From the NCBI GenBank assembly GCA_963764715.1, contig CAVXTP010000026.1:22346-86345 (forward strand): DNA of 64,000 bases. The letters are read 5' to 3'. A model generated the notes under the pieces. The model was not told where the DNA came from. It saw only the letters and a list, made by a program, of their open reading frames with translations, and ran no database searches. Positions 29,054-38,113 of the stretch are shown piece by piece; positions within the stretch are counted from its first letter, which is position 1; each line of letters opens with the position of its first letter. Made by a program: the position numbers and the translations under genes. The DNA is from an uncultured Acidobacteriota bacterium (GTDB taxonomy: Bacteria; Acidobacteriota; Thermoanaerobaculia; UBA5066; Gp7-AA6).

Positions 29054-31471
29054 ATGACGACGCTCGCGCAGGACATCCGATACGCGCTCCGCATGCTCCG
29101 GAAGAACCCCGGCTACGCGGCCGTAACCGTCGGGGTCCTGGCCCTCGGCATCGGGGCGAACACGGCGATCTTCAGCGTCGTCGACGCCGTGCTCCTGAAG
29201 CCGCTCCCCTATCCCGACGCGCAACGCATCGTCGTCGTCCCGCACGTTCCGCCGCAGGACATCTTCCCCGGCATGAAGACCTTCAGCGTGTCGCCCGCGA
29301 ACTACTTCGACTGGAAGGCCCAGAACGACGTCTTCGAGAAGATGACGATCTTCGTGGGCGGCGGCATGACGCTGACCGGCTCGGGGCAGCCGGAGTCGGT
29401 GCCGACGGCCTTCGTCTCGGCCGAGTTCTTCGGCGTCCTCGGCGTGCGACCGCTCGCCGGCCGGCTCTTCGCCCCCGGCGACGACGAGGCCGGCCATCGC
29501 GTGGCGGTCGTTTCGGAGGAGCTCTGGAAGACCCGCTTCGGCTCGAATCCGGCCCTGGTCGGAAGCACCCTCCTCGCCGACGGCGAGCGCTACACCGTGA
29601 TCGGCGTGCTGCCGGCCGGACGCGGGTTCCCCGAGGACGCGCGGCTCTGGGTCCCGCTGACGTTCACGGCCGAGGAGAGGGCGATCCGGGGAATTCACGA
29701 CTTCCGGGTGCTCGCCCGCCTCAAGCCCGCGGCGAGCGTCGCCGGCGCGCGCGCCCGGATGGACGCCATCTCCGCCCGGCTCGCGGAGCAGTACCCCGCC
29801 GACAACAAGGGATGGGGGGCGACGGTCATCCCGCTCCACGAGGACCTCGTCGGCGACGTGAGGCCCGCTTTGCTCGTGCTGCTCGGGGCGGTCGGGTTCG
29901 TTCTCCTCATCGCGTGCGCGAACGTGGCCAATCTCGTCCTGGCCCGGACGCTCGGCCGCCGGAAGGAGCTCGCGGTCCGCGCGGCCCTTGGCGCGAGCCG
30001 CGGCCGGATCGTGCGCCAGCTCTTCGCCGAGACGACGCTGCTCGCGCTCCTCGGCGGCGGGGCGGGGCTCGCGATCGCGGGCCTCGGCGTCCGGCTCATC
30101 GTCGCCGTCCTGGGCGGCGAGATGCCGCGCGCCGGCGAGATCCACGTCGGGGGCGCCGTCCTCGCGTTCACCTTCGCCATCTCCCTGCTGACCGGGGCGC
30201 TCGCCGGAATTCTCCCCGCCTGGCGGCTCACGCACGCCAACCCGAACGAGGCCCTGAAACAGGGCGGCCGCGCCGACGCGGACGCCGGGAGCCCGGCGCT
30301 GCGCAACTCGCTCGTCGTGGCGGAGGTCGCGCTGGCGCTCGTGCTGATGTTCGGCGCGGGCCTGCTCGTGCGGAGCCTCGGCCGCCTGCGCGGCGTCGAT
30401 CCGGGGTTCAACCCGAAAAACGTTCTCGAGGCGCAGGTCGGGCTCCCGGACCCGAAGTACGCGGCACCGGAGGCGCGGCGGTCCTTCTACGATCGCGTGC
30501 TCGAGCGGGTGCGCGCTCTGCCGGGGGTCACGTCGGCGGCCGCGATGAACACGCTTCCGCTGACCGACGGCGGCTCGACCCAGCCGATCGCGCTCGAGGG
30601 CCGCTCCGCGGCCAGGATGTCGGAGCAGCCGGAGGTCGCCGTGCGCGTCTTCACGCCCGGCACGCTGAAGACGCTCGGCATCGCGTTGAAGAGGGGCCGC
30701 GACTTCACCGAGGCGGACACGGACAAGTCCCCGGCGGCGATCCTCGTCAGCGAGGCCATGGCGACGAAGTTCTGGCCGGGCGAGGACGCCGTCGGCAAGC
30801 GCCTGACCCTCACCTTCTACCCGGGCGTCGTGCGCGAGGTGGTCGGGGTCGTTGCGGACGTGAAGCTCCGGGGCCTCGCGAAGACGGCGCCGATCGCGGC
30901 GCTCTACCTCCCGTATGCCCAGATGCCGCAATTCTCGATGGCCCTCGTCGTGCGCACGGCGCAGGACCCGGGGAGCGTCGGATCCGCGGTCGAGGCGGCC
31001 GTCCACGCCGTCGATCCGGACCAGGCGGTCGTCGACATGAAGACGATGGAGCAGCACCTCGGGGCGTCGCTCGCCCACGCGCGGTTCAGCATGCTGCTCT
31101 TGAGCGTGTTCGCGGCGCTGGCGCTGCTCCTCTCCTCGATCGGGATCTACAGCGTCCTCGCCTACGCCGTGAAGCGCCGGACCCGCGAGATCGGGATCCG
31201 CATGGCCCTCGGGGCCGACGGCGGCGATCTCGTGCGCATGGTCGTTGTCCAGGGAATGCGGCCGGCGTTGATCGGCCTGGCGCTCGGAATCGTCTCCTCC
31301 CTCCTGCTCGGGCGGCTGCTCGCGGGGCTCGTCTTCGGCATCGCGCCGACCGATCCGCTGAGCTTCGCGGCCGCCTCGGCCGTGCTCTCGGCCGTCGCCC
31401 TCGCCGCCTGCGCCGTGCCGGCCTGGCGCGCCACCCGGGTCCAGCCGACGGAGGCCCTGCAGGAGGGCTGA
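29054..31471 (+). CDS. ADOP-type duplicated ABC permease without N-terminal prefix
   Basis: Starts directly MTTLAQDIRYALRMLRKNPG; ACANVANL, GIYSVLAY, PAWRATRVQP. Confidence 0.92.
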   Translation: MTTLAQDIRYALRMLRKNPGYAAVTVGVLALGIGANTAIFSVVDAVLLKPLPYPDAQRIVVVPHVPPQDIFPGMKTFSVSPANYFDWKAQNDVFEKMTIFVGGGMTLTGSGQPESVPTAFVSAEFFGVLGVRPLAGRLFAPGDDEAGHRVAVVSEELWKTRFGSNPALVGSTLLADGERYTVIGVLPAGRGFPEDARLWVPLTFTAEERAIRGIHDFRVLARLKPAASVAGARARMDAISARLAEQYPADNKGWGATVIPLHEDLVGDVRPALLVLLGAVGFVLLIACANVANLVLARTLGRRKELAVRAALGASRGRIVRQLFAETTLLALLGGGAGLAIAGLGVRLIVAVLGGEMPRAGEIHVGGAVLAFTFAISLLTGALAGILPAWRLTHANPNEALKQGGRADADAGSPALRNSLVVAEVALALVLMFGAGLLVRSLGRLRGVDPGFNPKNVLEAQVGLPDPKYAAPEARRSFYDRVLERVRALPGVTSAAAMNTLPLTDGGSTQPIALEGRSAARMSEQPEVAVRVFTPGTLKTLGIALKRGRDFTEADTDKSPAAILVSEAMATKFWPGEDAVGKRLTLTFYPGVVREVVGVVADVKLRGLAKTAPIAALYLPYAQMPQFSMALVVRTAQDPGSVGSAVEAAVHAVDPDQAVVDMKTMEQHLGASLAHARFSMLLLSVFAALALLLSSIGIYSVLAYAVKRRTREIGIRMALGADGGDLVRMVVVQGMRPALIGLALGIVSSLLLGRLLAGLVFGIAPTDPLSFAAASAVLSAVALAACAVPAWRATRVQPTEALQEG

Positions 31472-31534
31472 GCCCGGAATCTCCTTCCCCTGGCCCGACT
31501 TTTGCGATTAGCTCCCGGCGGAGACAATCGAGCC

Positions 31535-32251
31535 ATGCTGCTGAATCGCCGGGAGGCCGGACGCCTTCTGGCCCGCAAGCTCGCCGTCGAGGCGACCCGC
31601 GGCGACGCCGTGGTCCTCGGCCTCCCCCGGGGAGGCGTCCCGGTCGCCTACGAAGTCGCTCGCGCGCTCGGCGCGCCGCTCGACGTCTTTCCCGTGCGCC
31701 GGCTGACCCTCGCCTCGACCGGCGACGAGGTGCTCGGGGTCGTCGCCCCCGGCGGAATCCGAGTGTTCGACCGGGAGGCCCTGGCCCGACATCGCGTCTC
31801 GCGCGCCGAGCTCCACAAGGCCGCGGCTCGCGAGGATGTCGAGGTCGCCCGGCGCATGCGCGACTACAAGGGGGGGCGCCCGTGCGAAAACGTCGTCGAC
31901 AAGACGGTCGTTCTCGTCGACGACGGCGCCTCGACGGGGAGGACGCTGCGCGCGGCGATCCTGGCGCTCCACGAGCGGCGGCCGGCAAGAATCGTCGTCG
32001 CTGTTCCGACGAGCCCGGCCGGTGTCTGCGAGCTCCTGCGGCAGAGCGTCGACGCGGTCCATTGCCTGATGACTCCCGCGCCCTTCGAATCGATCGAACG
32101 CGGGTACGAGTTCTTCGCGCCCACGACGGACGGCGAGGTGCGAGAGCTGCTCGCGATGGCCCGGGAGAAAAACCCGCGGCACGAACGCCTCGCCGAGCCC
32201 GGCGACTCGCGGCCGCCCGGTCCGCGGGGGCCGGCCCTCGGGCGCCTCTGA
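31535..32251 (+). CDS. Type I phosphoribosyltransferase family protein
   Basis: NRREAGRLLA, LGLPRGGVPVA, VVLVDDGASTG PRPP-binding loop. Confidence 0.85.
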   Translation: MLLNRREAGRLLARKLAVEATRGDAVVLGLPRGGVPVAYEVARALGAPLDVFPVRRLTLASTGDEVLGVVAPGGIRVFDREALARHRVSRAELHKAAAREDVEVARRMRDYKGGRPCENVVDKTVVLVDDGASTGRTLRAAILALHERRPARIVVAVPTSPAGVCELLRQSVDAVHCLMTPAPFESIERGYEFFAPTTDGEVRELLAMAREKNPRHERLAEPGDSRPPGPRGPALGRL

Positions 32252-32258
32252 CGGGGAA

Positions 32259-33365
32259 CTACTCCTCCGCCATCTCCCCCTTCGCCTCCTGGTACGCCCG
32301 GTCGACCGCGGCGCGGACGAAGAAGTCGTCGAAGGCGGCCTGACGGCCGAAGTCGTCGCCCGCGAAGCCCGCGCGCAGAGCGTCGAGGTCGACCGTCTTC
32401 TGCGTCTCTTCGAGTGTCGCCCCGGCGCGGACGGCCGCGGCGACCTGCGCGCGGAGCTCCGTGAGGAGCGCCGAGACTCTTGCCGCATAGCTCCAGTCGT
32501 GCATCACCGGGCCGTGCCCCGGAACGATCGCGGCGGCGTCGATCGCCGAGAGGGCCTCGAGAGTCTCGATCCAGGCGGCGGGATGGCTGCCGTAGCCGTA
32601 GGGCGTCGGCGCCACGAGGAGGTCGCCCGTCACGACGACCCGGGCGTCCGGCACGATCACGACGGCGTCGCCCGCGGTGTTTCCCTTCCCGAGGAAGGCG
32701 ATCCGGGCGGAGCGCTTGCCGAGGTGGACGGTCAGCTCCTTCTCGAAAGTCAGCGACGGGACGACGAGCGTGACCCCCGCGACTTCGGCGGTCTCGAGGT
32801 CGATGTCGGCGATCTGCTGGCGGAGGTAGGCCGAGACGTTGGCCGGAATCGGCGTGCCGTCGCGCCGCTTTCCGCCGTCGACGTACTGCCGCAGGCCCGC
32901 GGCGTACTCCCCGTCGATCTTCGCGATGTCCTTGACGTAGGCGACCTGCTTGTCGGCGATCTTGCGGCGGGTGAACTCGGTCGACACGAAGGTGATCCCG
33001 GGCCAGGCGTCGCGGAAGACCGCGTCGGCGACGATGTGATCGAGGTGCCAGTGGGTGTGGACGAGGTACCGCACGGGCTTGTCGGTGCGCTTCCGGATCT
33101 CCGCGACCATCCGGCGCGCGAGCGTCGGGAACCGGCCCGAGTCGACGACGAGGACGGCCTCGTCGCCGATGACCGCCACGACGTTGCCGCTCGGGATCGG
33201 CCCGCTCGTCTCGGCGGCGATGAAGGCGACGACGCCGGGGGCGACCTCGACGGTCTGGAACTGGCGCCCGGGCGGGAAGTCGGCGGCGAGGCCTGCGGCG
33301 GCCCCGGCGGCCGAGAGCACCGCTGCGGCGAACAGGCGGCGGACGGAATGGCTCCGTTCGGGCAT
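32259..33365 (-). CDS. Secreted MBL-fold metallo-hydrolase
   Basis: Signal peptide; THWHLDH, GNTAGD, TGDLL, IVPGHG. Confidence 0.85.
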   Translation of the reverse strand: MPERSHSVRRLFAAAVLSAAGAAAGLAADFPPGRQFQTVEVAPGVVAFIAAETSGPIPSGNVVAVIGDEAVLVVDSGRFPTLARRMVAEIRKRTDKPVRYLVHTHWHLDHIVADAVFRDAWPGITFVSTEFTRRKIADKQVAYVKDIAKIDGEYAAGLRQYVDGGKRRDGTPIPANVSAYLRQQIADIDLETAEVAGVTLVVPSLTFEKELTVHLGKRSARIAFLGKGNTAGDAVVIVPDARVVVTGDLLVAPTPYGYGSHPAAWIETLEALSAIDAAAIVPGHGPVMHDWSYAARVSALLTELRAQVAAAVRAGATLEETQKTVDLDALRAGFAGDDFGRQAAFDDFFVRAAVDRAYQEAKGEMAEE

Positions 33366-33425
33366 TGGTCCTCCTGCCTCTCGAACGAAGGAAGGCACCG
33401 TTTGTTTCACCGGGCGCCCGGCCAT

Positions 33426-33505
33426 CTTTCAGACTTGCAGGCCCGGCCCCATTTTGCAGACCTTCAGGCCTGACCCCGTCCTGCAGACTTGCAGGGTCAG
33501 GCCCC
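33426..33505. repeat. Three tandem ~27-bp degenerate repeats (GGGGTCAG-type REP-like)
   Basis: CAGACTTGCAGGCCCGGCCCC / CAGACCTTCAGGCCTGACCCC / CAGACTTGCAGGGTCAGGCCCC. Confidence 0.6.
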
Positions 33506-33952
33506 TGCCTTGGCGCGGCGGTCGAGCTCCTCGGGGGAGACGTCCTCGACGTGGGTCGAAACGTTCCAGACGTGGCCCCAGGGGTCGCTGAACTGGCCGG
33601 AGCGGTCGCCGTAGAACTGGTCGGCCACGGGGCGCACAACCGTCGCGCCCGACGCGGTGGCGCGCCGGAAGACGTCGTCGACGTTCTCGACGTAGAGGTG
33701 GAGCATGACGGGCGATCCGCCGTACGCCTTCGGGCCGCGGAAGCCCAGCTCGGCGTGCTCGTCGGCCAGCATGATGCGGCCGCTCCCGATCCTGAGCTCC
33801 GCGTGGCCCACGCGGCCCTCGTGCTCGTGCCGGAAGACCTCCCGGGCGTCGAACACCTTCTTGTAGAAGTCGATCGCCTTCCCGGCGCCGTCGACCGCCA
33901 GGTACGGCGTCGGCTCGCCGTTGCCGTCGGGTATCGGATTCACCTTCGCCAT
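33497..33952 (-). CDS. VOC/glyoxalase family protein (PhnB-like)
   Basis: TPYLAVDGAGKAIDFYKKVF, HAELRIG, QFYGDRSG..DPWGHVW. Confidence 0.9.
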   Translation of the reverse strand: MAKVNPIPDGNGEPTPYLAVDGAGKAIDFYKKVFDAREVFRHEHEGRVGHAELRIGSGRIMLADEHAELGFRGPKAYGGSPVMLHLYVENVDDVFRRATASGATVVRPVADQFYGDRSGQFSDPWGHVWNVSTHVEDVSPEELDRRAKAGA

Positions 33953-33968
33953 GACTCGACCTCCGTGG

Positions 33969-35369
33969 TTACTCTCCCACCATCACCTGGTATTGCTCGA
34001 TCTTCCCGTCGGGCATGTCGCGCTCCCAGATCGCGAGCGTCCGCTTCTCGAACTTCGCCTCGAAGAGGCGAAACGTCATGCCGCCCCGGTCGCTCTGGCG
34101 GGTCTGTTTCACCTCGACGACCGGTCCGAGCGTCGCGAAGCCCGACGCGAAATCCTTCAGGGCCTCCGGGGTGAAGTAGCTGTTGGCGTTGGACGTGAAG
34201 AGCGAGCGGTCGATTTCGCCCTTCTGGAGACCTTCCAGGATCTGGCGGGCGCGCGCCTCGCGCACCGGGACGTTGTCGCCCGTGAAAAGGTCCGAGGCGA
34301 TCTTCTTCGCGATCGTCTCGGAAGCGTCGATCGCATCCTGGTTCACGAGCACGGTGACCGCCGCCCGGTCGTCCGGAAAGATCACGTTCGTCGCCGTAAA
34401 GCCCGAGACCTCGCCGCCGTGTCCGATCGCGCGGTGGCCGTTGAGGCTCGACACCGAAACCCCCAGCCCGTACGCCGAGGCCACGCCGTTCGACAGGAGG
34501 ACCGCCCGCTCCATCTCGGCGTAGGACGCCGGTTTCAGGAGCTTCTGGTCCATGACGCTGATGTTCCACTTCGCGAGGTCTTCCGCCGTCATGGCGAGCT
34601 CGCCCGCGGCGAAGAGCCAGTTGTCACCCTCCTTGGGCGCCGGCCGCAGCGGCCCGAGACCGAAGCGCTGATAACCGACGGGATCGGACGCGGTGACTTT
34701 CGCCGCGTCGATGTCGAGGACGCTCTTCATTCCGAGAGGCCGGAAAATGCGCTCCTCGAGAAACGTCATCAGCGGCTTTCCCGACGCCTTCTCGACGATA
34801 ACGCCCGCGACGACGTACGCCGTATTGCTGTACTGGTACTGGGAGCCGGGCGGAAAGTCGAGCGGCATCCTCGCCCAGCGGTCGAGGATCTTGTCGGCGG
34901 TCGTGGGCTGCTTCATGAAGGGCGGAACGTAGTCCTGGGGCCAGTAGTCCTGGTAGCCCGACGTGTGCGAGAGCAGCTGCCGGACTTTCACCTTCGAAGC
35001 GTCCGTGAGGTCCGGCCGGAAGCGCGAGACCGGGTCGTCGAGGGAGAGCTTGCCCTCCTCGGCGAGCATCAGGATCGCCGTGGCGGTGAACTGCTTGCTG
35101 ACCGAGCCGATCGAGAAGCGCATCGACGGGGCTGCGGCCGTCTTCGGCTCGAGCCGGGCGTCGCCGACGGCCGCCGCGCAGGCGGGCTTTCCGTCGCGCA
35201 CCACGGCGAACGAGGCTGCCGGCACGCCGGTCTTGCCCAGGATCTCCCGGGCCGCCTTCTCGGCGCCCGCGCAGAGGCCGGAATCCGCCTGCGCGGCGAG
35301 CGCCGCGGCGGCGAGGAAGAGGCCGGCGCCCGCCGCCGCCCGAAACGTGCCCCGAATCTTCATGGTCAT
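33969..35369 (-). CDS. Secreted serine hydrolase (beta-lactamase/PBP family)
   Basis: SVSK (SxxK), LLSHTSG, YSN, HGG; ATGA overlap with the upstream gene. Confidence 0.88.
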   Translation of the reverse strand: MTMKIRGTFRAAAGAGLFLAAAALAAQADSGLCAGAEKAAREILGKTGVPAASFAVVRDGKPACAAAVGDARLEPKTAAAPSMRFSIGSVSKQFTATAILMLAEEGKLSLDDPVSRFRPDLTDASKVKVRQLLSHTSGYQDYWPQDYVPPFMKQPTTADKILDRWARMPLDFPPGSQYQYSNTAYVVAGVIVEKASGKPLMTFLEERIFRPLGMKSVLDIDAAKVTASDPVGYQRFGLGPLRPAPKEGDNWLFAAGELAMTAEDLAKWNISVMDQKLLKPASYAEMERAVLLSNGVASAYGLGVSVSSLNGHRAIGHGGEVSGFTATNVIFPDDRAAVTVLVNQDAIDASETIAKKIASDLFTGDNVPVREARARQILEGLQKGEIDRSLFTSNANSYFTPEALKDFASGFATLGPVVEVKQTRQSDRGGMTFRLFEAKFEKRTLAIWERDMPDGKIEQYQVMVGE

Positions 35370-36310
35370 GGCTCTCCGTCCTTCCATGTCAGCGGCGCGA
35401 GGTACACGCCGCCGCGCTCGGCGCCGCAGCGGCTGACGTACCAGTTCCCGTCGACGTCCTGAATCACTTCCGCGGCGTGGGCGGGGATGTGCCCGACGCG
35501 GTCCTCGACCCGGAACCGGAACGGCTCGGAGCTCGCGAAGACGTCCGTGCCGTCGAAGACGTCCTTGGCCCCGTCGCGCGGCCCGATGAAGAGGTAGTAC
35601 TTCGCCCCGCGCTTCACCACGAAGGGCGATTCGGTCGGGCCGCCGTACTTGCCCGTCGACGGGTCGGTGAAGACCGTGCCGCGCACCGTCCAGCTCGTCA
35701 TGTCCGGGCTCGTCGCGAACTTGACCACGTGGCTCCCGCCCGACGGAGCGCTCGTCGCCGTGTAGTACATGGCCCACGCGTCCCCGACGCGCATCACGAA
35801 CGGGTCCCGGCCGTCGAAGCCGTCGACGACCATCGGGTTCTTCGGGTGGCGGGTCCAGGTCTTCAGGTCCTTCGAAGTCGCGAGATGGATCTTGTACTTC
35901 GTGTGGTCGGCGTCGCCGGCGCAGTAGAACATGTAGTACGTGCCGTCGTGGGCCACGACGTGGGGCGCCCAGAGGTGCTCTTCCTTCCAGGGCGCCTGCG
36001 GGGCCACCGTCAGCGCGAAGGGCTGCTTCTTCCAGGGCCGCTCGAGAAGGGCCTTCGAGGTCGCGTGCGCGAAGTAGTCCTCGTCGAGCGCGTCGGACGG
36101 CTCGGCGTGGGTGATGCCGAAGAGGTTCCAGGTCCCGTCGGCGCCCCGGACGAAGCAGTGGTCGTTGATGTACCACTTCTCCTTCTCGCCGACGCTCGGG
36201 TCGTAGATCCGGACGAATTCGCCGGCCTCGACGAGAGGTCCGGGCGGCGGAGCGGCGAGACCGGCCGCGCACGACAGAACGAGACCCGCGAGGACGGCGG
36301 CGCTCTTCAT
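35366..36310 (-). CDS. Secreted five-bladed beta-propeller glycoside hydrolase (GH32/GH43-like)
   Basis: INDH, LWAPHV, RDPFV, TESPFV acidic motifs; signal peptide. Confidence 0.75.
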   Translation of the reverse strand: MKSAAVLAGLVLSCAAGLAAPPPGPLVEAGEFVRIYDPSVGEKEKWYINDHCFVRGADGTWNLFGITHAEPSDALDEDYFAHATSKALLERPWKKQPFALTVAPQAPWKEEHLWAPHVVAHDGTYYMFYCAGDADHTKYKIHLATSKDLKTWTRHPKNPMVVDGFDGRDPFVMRVGDAWAMYYTATSAPSGGSHVVKFATSPDMTSWTVRGTVFTDPSTGKYGGPTESPFVVKRGAKYYLFIGPRDGAKDVFDGTDVFASSEPFRFRVEDRVGHIPAHAAEVIQDVDGNWYVSRCGAERGGVYLAPLTWKDGEP

Positions 36311-36336
36311 GGGCGCCGATCATAAGGCAGCGCGGC

Positions 36337-37173
36337 TCAGCGCGCGGCGAGCCCGGTCGCGTGCTCCGCGATCTCCCAGAGGCGTGCGGCGTCGGCGTCG
36401 TTCGCGCCCGCCTCGGACGGCGGCGCCTCGCGGTACCGATGGAAATACCGGCCGCTCGGGCCGCCGAGCCCCGGGTCCGACGCGAGGCGCACGACGGGCC
36501 CCGCCCCCCGGGCGGGCGGGAGCACGATCTCGCCCAGCCGCGTCAACGCCGCCGGAACTCCCCGCCAGATCCGCGTCGAGTTCAGGCCGGGGTGCACCGC
36601 GCTCGCCGTCACGCCCGGCTCCCGCCGGGCGAGCTCGCGCGTGAAGAGAACCTGCGCCAGCTTGGAATTCGCGTAGGCCCGGAAGCCCCGGAAGCCGCGC
36701 TCGAGCTCGAGGTCGCTCCAGTCGAGCCGGCCCGCCGTGTGGCCGACGGAGCTCACGTTGACGACGCGGGGACTCGCCGTCCGCCGGAGCGCCGGCAGCA
36801 GGAGCCGCGTCAGCAGGAAGCCGCCGAGGAAGTTCGTCGCCCAGGTCAGCTCGTGCCCGTCCACGGAGAGGAGCCTCGCGGCGGCGATGATTCCCGCGTT
36901 GTTGACGAGAACGTCGAGGCCGGCGTGCGTTTCCGAGAAGCGGGCCGCGGCCGCGCGCACCGAGTCGAACGAGCCGAGGTCGATCGGGAGCACCTCGGCC
37001 TCGCCGCCGGCTCCCGCGATCTCCCGGGCCACGGACGCGCCGCGGGACGGGTCGCGGACCCCGAGGACGACGCGGGCCCGCATCCGGCCGAGCTGCCGCG
37101 CGGTTTCGAGCCCGATGCCGCGGGTGGCGCCGGTGACGAGGACCGTCCGGCCGGCGAGCGTCGGCCCGTTCAA
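36337..37173 (-). CDS. SDR oxidoreductase (retinol-DH-like), tandem copy 2
   Basis: TTG start overlaps the TGA of copy 1; TGATRGIG, NNAG, YANSK. Confidence 0.85.
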   Translation of the reverse strand: MNGPTLAGRTVLVTGATRGIGLETARQLGRMRARVVLGVRDPSRGASVAREIAGAGGEAEVLPIDLGSFDSVRAAAARFSETHAGLDVLVNNAGIIAAARLLSVDGHELTWATNFLGGFLLTRLLLPALRRTASPRVVNVSSVGHTAGRLDWSDLELERGFRGFRAYANSKLAQVLFTRELARREPGVTASAVHPGLNSTRIWRGVPAALTRLGEIVLPPARGAGPVVRLASDPGLGGPSGRYFHRYREAPPSEAGANDADAARLWEIAEHATGLAAR

Positions 37174-38045
37174 GCCGTCGGGGGCCCGGGCACCGGAGTC
37201 GGCCGCTCGCCGGCGAGGCCCGTCGCCTGCGCGGCAACCTCCCAGAGCCGCGCGGCGTCGGCGTCGTTCGCGGCGGCGCGCGTCGGGGCGGCCTCGCGAA
37301 AGCGGCTGAAGTAGCGGCCCGTGACGCCGGCGAGCTTCGGATCGGAGGCGAGCCGCACGACCGGCGCCGCGCCCCGGGCGGCCGGAGGCAGGATCGCGCC
37401 GATCAGCCACCGGATCGGGCCCGGCAGCGGCCGCCAGATCTGGGTCGCGATCGCCCCCGGATGGAGCGCGGTGACGGCGATCCCGGGCTCCCGGCGCGCG
37501 AGCTCCCGCGTGAAGAGGATGAGCGCCAGCTTGGTGTTGGCGTACGCGCGATATGCCCCGTAGCCTCTCTCGAGCTCCAGGTTCCCCCAGTCGATCCGGC
37601 CCGTCCGGTGCGCGTCGGATGCGACGTTGACGACCCGGGACCGCGGCGTCCGGCGGAGCGCGGGCAGCAGGAGCCGCGTCAGCAGGTACGCCCCGAGGAA
37701 GTTCGTCTGCCAGGTCCGCTCGTGGCCGTCGTCCGTCGCCTCCCGCCGCGCGACCGCGGTCCCGGCGTTGTTGACGAGCACGTCGAGGGCCTCGTGCGAC
37801 CGGAGGTATTGCCGCGCGGCCTCGCGGACCGACGCGAAGGACGAAAAGTCCACCGGCAGGACCTCGGCGGCGCCGCCCGCGCGGGCGATCTCCTCGGCCA
37901 CGGCCGCTCCCCGCGCCGCGTCGCGCACGCCGAGAACGACGCGCGCGCCCATCCCCGCGAGCGCGCGGGCCGTCTCGAGACCGATGCCGCTCGTCGCTCC
38001 GGTGACGAGGACCGTCCGGCCGGCCATGGGCCTGGAAGAATTCAT
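37170..38045 (-). CDS. SDR oxidoreductase (retinol-DH-like), tandem copy 1
   Basis: TGATSGIG, NNAG, YANTK. Confidence 0.88.
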   Translation of the reverse strand: MNSSRPMAGRTVLVTGATSGIGLETARALAGMGARVVLGVRDAARGAAVAEEIARAGGAAEVLPVDFSSFASVREAARQYLRSHEALDVLVNNAGTAVARREATDDGHERTWQTNFLGAYLLTRLLLPALRRTPRSRVVNVASDAHRTGRIDWGNLELERGYGAYRAYANTKLALILFTRELARREPGIAVTALHPGAIATQIWRPLPGPIRWLIGAILPPAARGAAPVVRLASDPKLAGVTGRYFSRFREAAPTRAAANDADAARLWEVAAQATGLAGERPTPVPGPPTA

Positions 38046-38113
38046 CCCGCCGGAATCCTATCGAAGGGCCCGGCGCGCCGGGGCGCTTAGAATCGCCGGG
38101 CCCGGAGGTGGCG

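Noticed and set aside
33426-33505. Possible mini-CRISPR array
   Set aside because: The repeats are degenerate and abutting, with no spacers and no cas genes.
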